64,000 nt of DNA from an uncultured Candidatus Saccharibacteria bacterium (lineage in GTDB: Bacteria; Patescibacteriota; Saccharimonadia; Saccharimonadales; JAGQNJ01). The notes under the pieces are model-generated. The model ran no database searches. It saw only the letters and a program-made list of their open reading frames with translations, and was not told where the DNA came from. Positions 9,222 through 16,820 of this stretch are shown here, piece after piece. The DNA is taken from the NCBI GenBank assembly GCA_964590205.1, contig CAZPVO010000002.1, positions 1,005-65,004 on the forward strand, written 5' to 3'. How positions within the stretch are numbered: position 1 is the stretch's first letter; each line of letters starts with the position of its first letter. A program made the translations under genes and the position numbers.

Positions 9222-10973
9222 TTGAGACATTGTAGTGGAGGAGACGTGGCGGAGCATCTAAATGTACCACATGGAGGGAAACTTGTAGATCTGATGGCCA
9301 GTGGATCATCAGCCGCCAAGTTAAAAAAGCAGGCTGTTAATTTCAAAAGTTGGGATTTAACTCCAAGGCAGTTATGCGATGTTGAAATGTTGGTGTCTGG
9401 CGCCTTTTCGCCCCTCACTGGCTTTATGAATAAAAAGGAGTACGAGAGCGTCTGCAAAGACATGCGCTTATCCGACGGCACTCTATGGCCCATGCCAATC
9501 ACGCTCGATGTTGATGATAAGTTTGCCAAGGACTTAAAAAAAGGTGTTCGTGTCGCGCTCCGAGATCAAGAAGGAGTCATCCTGGCCGTGCTAGAAGTTG
9601 GTGATGTGTGGAAGCCAAACAAAAGTAAAGAAGCGAAGTCAGTGTTCGGTACAAATGATCAAAATCACCCAACCGTGCAATACTTGCACCACAAATCACA
9701 CGACACATATGTAGGCGGCAAAATAACTGGGCTAGAGCTACCTCGTTACTACGACTTCAGTGAACTGAGATATACGCCAGTCGAGCTTCGCGAACATTTC
9801 AAGAAGCTGGGCTGGACCAAGGTAGTGGCCTTTCAAACCCGAAACCCTATGCACCGAGCACACGTTGAATTAGCACTTCGGGCAGCAAAGCAAACGCAAG
9901 CAAACCTACTCATACATCCGGTTGTGGGTATGACAAAACCGGGAGACGTTGATCATTACACACGTGTGCGAGTCTACCAGGCAGTCCTAAAGAAGTTCCC
10001 CAAGTCCACGGCTATGATCTCGCTTTTGCCGCTCGCCATGCGCATGGGTGGCCCGCGAGAAGCACTCTGGCATATGATTATCCGCAAAAATTATGGAGTA
10101 ACTCATTTTATTATTGGCCGTGATCATGCCGGACCGGGTAAAAACTCAAAAGGTAATGATTTTTATGAACCATATGATGCACAGCAACTGGCAGCCAAGT
10201 ATGCCAAGGAAATAGGTGTAAAGGTAATTCCCTTCCAAATGATGGTGTTCGTACCAGAACATGACGTGTACATGCCAATTGATGAAGTTCCTGATGGAGC
10301 GGAATATCTGAGTATTTCGGGAACTGAACTCAGGGCAAGACTCGCTGATGGTCGGCCATTGCCAAAGTGGTTCACCTACCCCGAGGTGGAAGTAGAGCTT
10401 CGCAAAACCTATAAACCGCGACCCAAACAAGGCTTGGCAATATTTTTCACCGGCCTTTCTGGTGCTGGAAAATCGACAATTGCCAATGCCTTGATGGTAA
10501 AACTTATGGAACAAGGAAAGCGAACTGTGACGCTGCTTGATGGTGATCATGCCCGCAAGCATCTGTCCTCAGAACTCGGGTTTAGTAAAGAGCACCGAGA
10601 TCTTAACGTAGCACGAATTGGCTTCGTAGCGAGTGAAATCTCAAAGCATGGCGGAATCGCACTCTGCACCCCTATCGCACCCTACGATAAAATTCGCAAA
10701 AAGGTTCGTACCATGGTTCGAGAAAGTGGCGGAAACTTTGTGCTGGTATATGTCGCGACACCGCTCGAAGAATGTGAAAAAAGAGATCGCAAAGGTCTCT
10801 ATGCAGCAGCACGAACTGGTAAGCTCAAAGCATTTACCGGAGTTTCCGACCCTTACGAGACTCCGGCCGACGCCGAGCTAGTGCTTAATACTGTTGGCTT
10901 TAGTCCTGACGAACTGGCAAACCGCATCTTGCTGTATCTCGAAAAAGAAGGTTTCTTGGAGACTACAACATAA
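9222..10973 (+). CDS. bifunctional sulfate adenylyltransferase / adenylylsulfate kinase (PAPS synthesis)
   Basis: ATP-sulfurylase motifs FQTRNPMHRAH and IIGRDHAGPG. C-terminal APS-kinase motifs FFTGLSGAGKST and LLDGDHAR. The exact start is uncertain (ATG 9222 or nearby GTG). Confidence 0.9.
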   Translation: MRHCSGGDVAEHLNVPHGGKLVDLMASGSSAAKLKKQAVNFKSWDLTPRQLCDVEMLVSGAFSPLTGFMNKKEYESVCKDMRLSDGTLWPMPITLDVDDKFAKDLKKGVRVALRDQEGVILAVLEVGDVWKPNKSKEAKSVFGTNDQNHPTVQYLHHKSHDTYVGGKITGLELPRYYDFSELRYTPVELREHFKKLGWTKVVAFQTRNPMHRAHVELALRAAKQTQANLLIHPVVGMTKPGDVDHYTRVRVYQAVLKKFPKSTAMISLLPLAMRMGGPREALWHMIIRKNYGVTHFIIGRDHAGPGKNSKGNDFYEPYDAQQLAAKYAKEIGVKVIPFQMMVFVPEHDVYMPIDEVPDGAEYLSISGTELRARLADGRPLPKWFTYPEVEVELRKTYKPRPKQGLAIFFTGLSGAGKSTIANALMVKLMEQGKRTVTLLDGDHARKHLSSELGFSKEHRDLNVARIGFVASEISKHGGIALCTPIAPYDKIRKKVRTMVRESGGNFVLVYVATPLEECEKRDRKGLYAAARTGKLKAFTGVSDPYETPADAELVLNTVGFSPDELANRILLYLEKEGFLETTT

Positions 10974-11042
10974 GGTACAATAAAACATAAGCATACGAGG
11001 AACAGTTGTTGTAATGAAAGAACTTCCCAGCGAGAAACAAAT
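10974..11042 (+). promoter_or_regulatory. conserved cassette leader 1 with 10-codon uORF (MKELPSEKQI)
   Basis: GGTACAATAAAACATAAGC block. The uORF 11014-11046 has its TGA overlapping the main ATG (ATATGA). Homologous to the leaders at 13224 and 15398. Confidence 0.5.
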
Positions 11043-12344
11043 ATGAGCAGGCTTCCAACTCCTGGTAGTGACAGCGGTAATTGGGGCGATATACTTAATG
11101 ACTTTTTGAGTCAGTCTATTAGTAGTGATGGAACACTAAAATCTAGTGCGGTATCTACAGCTGGTACTAATAGCTTTGTAAGTAAAACTGGCGATACTAT
11201 GTCGGGCGGGTTGATGGTAGCTATAAAAGCAGCGGCCGGTGGGACAGAGACAGCTACGCTAGGTACTGGCTCTGCATTTGGTGCAGGATACATCAGTGCA
11301 ACCTCTGGTCGCACAGCACTTCTTAAGTCGTCTGGCCCTGGATCATGGGCAGGCGGATACGTCTCTGGGGCGAGTGGAGTCGACGCTACACTCAGGTCTG
11401 ACACTAGCCAAGCTGCTTTCTCATTTGGCTCAATCAAAAAAGGTGGTGCTATCGAATCGTTGAATGAAGGTACCTGGGCTGGAGGCTATGCTTACTCGGG
11501 CGGTGCGGTTCGAGCCATTGCACAAGGTTCACAGGCTTTTGGCTATACCTACGGATCAACCACACTAATCAGATCTAATGCTCAGGGTGGTCATGCTTCT
11601 GGTGGTGCTTGGACATCAGGATCAATCAAAGCAAGTGGGTACGGATCTATTTCTCATGGCTACTCTAAGGGTGCCAGTTCAACGGTTTATGCTTCAGGAT
11701 CAGGTGCACAAGCATGGGGTTATGCATATGCAAGTGGCTCTGTATTGGCTCAATCACAAGGGACTCAAGCCACTGGCTTTGCAAGTGGTTCAAACGCTCG
11801 AGTATCTGCAGTTGGCAGAGGAGGCTTTGCTGGTGGATATGCACGATCGTCTGGGCAAGTAAGAACTACGAATAACGGTTCCTTTTCGCATGGCTATGCT
11901 AAAAATTTAAGTGCAGTAATTGAAGCAACCGGCTGGGGCTCGTTCGCACAGGGCTACACTCTCTCTGCAGGTGTCATCACATCAAGTGGTTATGGCAGCA
12001 TGGCGAGAGGAAGCTCGATTGGTGCAAGTAGTGCCATTACAGCTAGCAATGCTGGATCCTTTGCCAGTGGCTATTCAAAAAACAGCGGTACCATTGTTGC
12101 TTCAGCCAAGGGCGCCTTTGCTCACGGCTATGCCTCATCCGGCACTACCGTTACTGCTTCAGCAGCAAACTCGTTCCAATTCGGTAAAGGTACTAACTCT
12201 ACCGCCGATTCACTTCGTGTCGGTGTAGGAATTCGATTGTTCGGCACAGTTGCAACACCGGGCTCACCGGCAAATGGCGATGTTTGGCTTGACCCAGATG
12301 GGCATGTTAAAATACGTTCAAATGGCTCAACTATCTCACTGTAA
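11043..12344 (+). CDS. tail-fibre-like repeat protein, shared N-terminal module (paralogue 1)
   Basis: N-terminus MSRLPTPGSDSGNWGDILNDFL is shared with ORFs 13291 and 15468. The body is a long run of ~19-20-aa G/S/A-rich repeats (..GS.A.GY...S......AS..). No signal peptide. Confidence 0.65.
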   Translation: MSRLPTPGSDSGNWGDILNDFLSQSISSDGTLKSSAVSTAGTNSFVSKTGDTMSGGLMVAIKAAAGGTETATLGTGSAFGAGYISATSGRTALLKSSGPGSWAGGYVSGASGVDATLRSDTSQAAFSFGSIKKGGAIESLNEGTWAGGYAYSGGAVRAIAQGSQAFGYTYGSTTLIRSNAQGGHASGGAWTSGSIKASGYGSISHGYSKGASSTVYASGSGAQAWGYAYASGSVLAQSQGTQATGFASGSNARVSAVGRGGFAGGYARSSGQVRTTNNGSFSHGYAKNLSAVIEATGWGSFAQGYTLSAGVITSSGYGSMARGSSIGASSAITASNAGSFASGYSKNSGTIVASAKGAFAHGYASSGTTVTASAANSFQFGKGTNSTADSLRVGVGIRLFGTVATPGSPANGDVWLDPDGHVKIRSNGSTISL

Positions 12345-12362
12345 TTGTGAGGGTGGGATCTT

Positions 12363-13166
12363 ATGAAGGGTATTCACATGCTCTGTGGTTTGCCGCGAGC
12401 AGGCTCAACGTTGCTTGCAAATGTACTCGAGCAGCATCCTGATCTGTGGGTATCGGGCACTTCATCTCTATCACCATGCGTCCAATCAGTTTCTCAATGT
12501 TTATCCAATAATGAAGAAGTAAAATCAGAACTTTCTGTTGATCCACAATATTATGAGCGTTACAGAACTGGTATGTGCAGTTTCGCGGAGGGCTGGTACA
12601 AAGACGTTAACTCAACAGTCATCGATAAGGGGCGCCTTTGGACCTCAATGCGACCGCTGGTAGATGAGCTTTGGCCAAAAGCAAAATTTATTGTGTGCGT
12701 CAGAGATCCCCGTGATGTGATTGCCTCTGTTGAGAGCCGACATCGTGATACGGCACTGTTTATGCAAGATGGTGACCAAACGCTTTATGAATCTGCAGAA
12801 AACTTTATGAAAAAGGACGCTATGGTTGGTGGTCCAATGTGGCATATTGAGGATCTTATTCGCAGGCAAATGACCAAAAACATTGTTTTTGTAAGATATG
12901 AGTCGTTTGTTGTTAATCCACAACTGACTATGGACGAACTTTCTGACACGCTCAAACTCAAGTCATTCAAATGGAATTTCAAGAACGTTAAAAATCGTCA
13001 GCGTGATGCTGATGCGATTTGGAAGCAAAAATTTCCACATACCGGTGATGGATCGGTCAAAGCAAAAATTGGCTCTTGGCGTGATGTAATGGATAAGGAA
13101 CTTGCCGATAAGATCGTAAACGTCTATCCCCTGTACGCAACAACCTTTGGGTACAAAGAAGACTGA
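12363..13166 (+). CDS. PAPS-dependent sulfotransferase
   Basis: 5'-PSB-like GLPRAGSTLL near the N-terminus and 3'-PB-like VRDPRDVIASV. Begins 19 nt after the fibre gene. Confidence 0.75.
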   Translation: MKGIHMLCGLPRAGSTLLANVLEQHPDLWVSGTSSLSPCVQSVSQCLSNNEEVKSELSVDPQYYERYRTGMCSFAEGWYKDVNSTVIDKGRLWTSMRPLVDELWPKAKFIVCVRDPRDVIASVESRHRDTALFMQDGDQTLYESAENFMKKDAMVGGPMWHIEDLIRRQMTKNIVFVRYESFVVNPQLTMDELSDTLKLKSFKWNFKNVKNRQRDADAIWKQKFPHTGDGSVKAKIGSWRDVMDKELADKIVNVYPLYATTFGYKED

Positions 13167-13223
13167 TCTTGAACTTAGAGAACCGTATCTGTTCATAATT
13201 GCTGGTGTGTCCTTCCTCTAGTT

Positions 13224-13290
13224 GGTACAATAAACCATAAGCTCGTGAGGGCAAATTTTGGTATGAAGAAAAAAACTTTGAGGATAATAA
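13224..13290 (+). promoter_or_regulatory. conserved cassette leader 2 with 11-codon uORF (MKKKTLRIINE)
   Basis: GGTACAATAAACCATAAGCTCGTGAGGGCA block. The uORF 13263-13298 ends 2 codons into the main ORF. SD GAGGA lies inside the uORF. Confidence 0.5.
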
Positions 13291-13941
13291 ATGAGTAGGC
13301 TACCAACACCGGGTGGTGATGCCGGTAACTGGGGTGATATTCTTAATGACTTTTTAGATCAGTCGCATAATAGTGATGGGACATTAAAAGACAGTGCTGT
13401 TTCAAGTTCCGCATTGCTGAAAAGCAATAATTTGAGTGATGTGAGTTCAACGAGCTCTGCACGCACAAATCTAGGCTTAGGTGATTCGGCCACCAAAAAT
13501 GTTGGCTCAATTGCCGGTACGGTTGCTGCCGGTAATGACAGCCGCTTAAGCGATACTCGTGTGCCGACTGATGGGTCTGTAACGCCTACTAAGTTGGACC
13601 GTGGCTACACTGAATCAAAAAACGGTGGTAAAGAGGGCATCCAAGCCCACGGCAGTACAGGATCGGCTGTCACCATTAATCTTGCCAACGGCAATGTCCA
13701 CACAGCCACCCAAAACCAATCCTGCACATACACCTTTACTGGCGCCACCAGCAGTACATCCTGTTCGTTTCTATTAATACTTGGTGGCGTAACCGGCATC
13801 CCAACCTGGCCGGTAAACGTAAAGTGGGCCAATGGCAGCATCCCAACAATATCAGGAGAATGCATTCTAACTTTTGTAACAGTTGATGGCGGAACTAATT
13901 GGTATGGGTCATTGGTAGGCAATGACTTTGCAACAGCTTAG
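13291..13941 (+). CDS. tail-fibre-like protein, shared N-terminal module (paralogue 2)
   Basis: N-terminus MSRLPTPGGDAGNWGDILNDFLDQSHNSDGTLK. The C-terminus (...ILTFVTVDGGTNWYGSLVG) resembles phage fibre or receptor-binding tips. No signal peptide. Confidence 0.65.
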   Translation: MSRLPTPGGDAGNWGDILNDFLDQSHNSDGTLKDSAVSSSALLKSNNLSDVSSTSSARTNLGLGDSATKNVGSIAGTVAAGNDSRLSDTRVPTDGSVTPTKLDRGYTESKNGGKEGIQAHGSTGSAVTINLANGNVHTATQNQSCTYTFTGATSSTSCSFLLILGGVTGIPTWPVNVKWANGSIPTISGECILTFVTVDGGTNWYGSLVGNDFATA

Positions 13942-13947
13942 TAAACA

Positions 13948-15348
13948 ATGAGAACAACTGCGCTAAAACTAATAACTTCATCGCTTCTGGCCTCGCAACG
14001 ATTTGAGAACAACGTTTTGCGGCTTAATCCAACACTTTATTTACCGATGCAAGAATCTGCGGGCGAAACAACTTATCAAGACCTGACTTACAACGGTCAC
14101 GATGCGATCGAAAAACAAGCCGGCCACCAAACAAATGGCCAAACTGGTGGCTATGGCCGGTTGGCTGTTAAGTTCGACGGCACGTCACTCTCTGGGCTAA
14201 CAATACCTGAAACGCCAGAGATTGCGATGACAGCCAGCGGGTCCGAAAAAGTCTCAGTTATGTGTTTGTTTAAGGCCAACGGCAATGGTGGTTACTTAGT
14301 AACTCAAGATAATGGTGGTAATCGGCCGTGGGTAACAAGTGTGCAGGACAAACTATACGGCTACGCCAACAACCAATCTGGACCAGGACTTTATACCGAC
14401 AATGATTATCGAAGTGACGGCAAGTTTCACCTATTTATTGCCACTATGGACGATGGCACGAATGAGTGTAAACATTACGTCGATGGATTGGCCACGACAG
14501 TACTGGGAGGAACTCTTGGCCCTTTTCAAGCAACTAATGGCTCAACGCCAATTCAGATTGGTACCAATGTGGTCAACGATTTTCGATTCGATGGCTGGAT
14601 AAGTGACGTCGCTGTTTGGTATGGCGGTATTCTCACCGAAGACAATGTAGCCGAACTGTATAAAAATCTTATATACGGCAGTGGTTCTGCGTATGCCTAC
14701 CGCACAGCCGTGCTGACCGACGCGCCCTCATACTTATGGGTTGGTGATGATGCCTCCGGTGATTTTCAGGAATACAATAACGGGCCGGCCCTCACCCACC
14801 AAACCGGCACCATTAGATATCGCTTTGATGCGATTACAGCTGGCGAGCTTGTAGCTCAAGGTAGTGGATCAGCAGGCGCGCCTTCGCACTTTTCAACCAC
14901 CAATTCAGGCCCGCCGTCGGCAATCAGTGGTTCAGAATGGACCATGGAATGCTTGTTTAGGCAGCCAGGTGGCAACGACTCCGGCAGATTAGCATTTTAT
15001 ATTGGCGATTCTAGTTCGAATGGTGCTGGTATTTATGTTAATGGGCCAAGTGCCAACTTGCCCGTCCTGGGTTTATTGGGCGGTGTGGCTTTTGTTGGCA
15101 GTTCAACAAACATCAGTAAGGGTCCGGCACATCACCTTGTTTTGCGTCGCAAAGCTGGAGTAGTTTCACTTTGGGTTGACGGAGTTTCCGTAGCCACAAG
15201 CAGTTCAACACCAAACGCTCCTAGTAACGTTACAGAAATTTATCCTCATAGCGACAATGCAAACACCTATGGAACAATCGCCTTTACGGCAGTTTATAAC
15301 TCAGCTCTCTCAGACGCCCGAATAGCCATCCACGCCGCGGCAATGTAA
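13948..15348 (+). CDS. double LamG / concanavalin-A-like lectin domain protein
   Basis: Two LamG-type terminal motifs (FDGWISDVAVWYGGILTEDNVAELY; IAFTAVYNSALSDARI). Starts 7 nt after paralogue 2. Confidence 0.6.
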   Translation: MRTTALKLITSSLLASQRFENNVLRLNPTLYLPMQESAGETTYQDLTYNGHDAIEKQAGHQTNGQTGGYGRLAVKFDGTSLSGLTIPETPEIAMTASGSEKVSVMCLFKANGNGGYLVTQDNGGNRPWVTSVQDKLYGYANNQSGPGLYTDNDYRSDGKFHLFIATMDDGTNECKHYVDGLATTVLGGTLGPFQATNGSTPIQIGTNVVNDFRFDGWISDVAVWYGGILTEDNVAELYKNLIYGSGSAYAYRTAVLTDAPSYLWVGDDASGDFQEYNNGPALTHQTGTIRYRFDAITAGELVAQGSGSAGAPSHFSTTNSGPPSAISGSEWTMECLFRQPGGNDSGRLAFYIGDSSSNGAGIYVNGPSANLPVLGLLGGVAFVGSSTNISKGPAHHLVLRRKAGVVSLWVDGVSVATSSSTPNAPSNVTEIYPHSDNANTYGTIAFTAVYNSALSDARIAIHAAAM

Positions 15349-15397
15349 CGACCGGGGAATCAACACTTATCCTAGCTCTCACTAATGTTCTCTGTTA

Positions 15398-15467
15398 GAC
15401 TAGTAACCATAAGCTCTTGAGGGCATGTTTTGCTATGAAAGAAAAAATACTTAGGATACAAAACTAG
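15398..15467 (+). promoter_or_regulatory. conserved cassette leader 3 with 10-codon uORF (MKEKILRIQN)
   Basis: TAGTAACCATAAGCTCTTGAGGGCA block. The uORF 15435-15467 has its TAG directly abutting the main ATG. Confidence 0.5.
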
Positions 15468-16820
15468 ATGAGTAGATTACCAACTCCAGGAAGTGATGCC
15501 GGTAACTGGGGTGATATTCTTAATGACTTTTTAGATCAGTCGCATAACTCTGATGGAAGTCTAAAAAGTTCAGCCGTAACAGCTGCAGGCGGTGATTCAA
15601 GCACTAAAGTTAGCAAGTCTGGCGACACCATGACAGGCGGCTTACATGTTGATGATGGGGGTGGAGCAACATCAGATCTTGAAGCTGGTGCACTATACGT
15701 TAGTACGAATGATGGTCTACATCAGGCTTCTCTTAATTCGTCATACCTTTCAATTTCCGATACCACCACCGGTAATAATGTCGGGGGCTTTTTTGGGCAG
15801 GACGGCAAAGCTCTACTCTTTGGCGCAAGTACAAGCGACTATGCCTATGTTTCGGCACTGTCGACGGATTTTCAAGTTCGCTGGCAAGTCTTGCACGACG
15901 GATCAATCAGTTGGGGTGATGGATCGGCTTCCCCCGATACGGTCATATCTCGGACGGCTGCAAACACACTGTCAATGGGAGCCGGTGACAAGCTCCAACA
16001 AAATGCAGCGCCGACTACCGGTGATGACCTGACCAATAAAACCTATGTCGATAGCACGGCTGGTTCTCCGTCAGCCGCGGTCATTCTGGCTCCTGGATCT
16101 TCCACTAGAAATATTATCCAGCCTAGCGGCAACTTTAAGCCGCTCATTGTTCGTGGTCATTCAACCCAAGCCACTTCCCTACTTGAACTTCAAAACAGTA
16201 CCCCCACAGCCCTCTTTACAGTTGCCTCTGATGGTGCAGTTACTATGGCCAGCTCAGTCACTCACAGTTTGGGTGCAAGCACCGTTGTCAATCACTCAGG
16301 AGGTTTATATCAAGGACGGCAAGTTAAAGTTGACGGGTATTTTTCTAATACTTCAGGTAATCCACCGGGTGTCGGATTAATACGCTTAAATAACGCTGAG
16401 GTTATTGCTTGGCGCAATGCCGGCAATTCTGCTGATTACACACTTACGGTTGATAGTACTGATCAACTCGTGACAACAACAGGTGTGACGGCAAGTGGAC
16501 AAGTAACTGATCATCAGAACATTAATGCACAGACCGGCACAACGTATACGCTTGTTATTGGTGACGACGGCAAAATAATTACACTGAGTAATGCCTCGGC
16601 GATTACACTGACGGTGCCAACTAATGCTTCGGTGGCCTTTCCGATAGGTACGCGTATTGATCTGATTCAAAAAGGAGCTGGACAAGTAACTGTTGCTGCT
16701 GCAGGTGGAGTAACGATTAATGCGACACCGGGGCTTAAAGCACGTGCCCAATATTCTGCCGCCACACTTATTAAAGAGGCTACGAACACTTGGTACTTGG
16801 TTGGAGACCTGAGTGCATGA
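15468..16820 (+). CDS. tail-fibre-like protein, shared N-terminal module (paralogue 3)
   Basis: N-terminus MSRLPTPGSDAGNWGDILNDFLDQSHNSDGSLK. C-terminus ...FPIGTRIDLIQKGAGQVTV...NTWYLVGDLSA is phage minor-tail-like. No signal peptide. Confidence 0.65.
   Translation: MSRLPTPGSDAGNWGDILNDFLDQSHNSDGSLKSSAVTAAGGDSSTKVSKSGDTMTGGLHVDDGGGATSDLEAGALYVSTNDGLHQASLNSSYLSISDTTTGNNVGGFFGQDGKALLFGASTSDYAYVSALSTDFQVRWQVLHDGSISWGDGSASPDTVISRTAANTLSMGAGDKLQQNAAPTTGDDLTNKTYVDSTAGSPSAAVILAPGSSTRNIIQPSGNFKPLIVRGHSTQATSLLELQNSTPTALFTVASDGAVTMASSVTHSLGASTVVNHSGGLYQGRQVKVDGYFSNTSGNPPGVGLIRLNNAEVIAWRNAGNSADYTLTVDSTDQLVTTTGVTASGQVTDHQNINAQTGTTYTLVIGDDGKIITLSNASAITLTVPTNASVAFPIGTRIDLIQKGAGQVTVAAAGGVTINATPGLKARAQYSAATLIKEATNTWYLVGDLSA

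Noticed and set aside
9110-9529. 139-aa minus-strand ORF opposite the 5' end of the sat/cysC gene
   Set aside because: It is antisense to a gene with strong family motifs, and no supporting signals were found.
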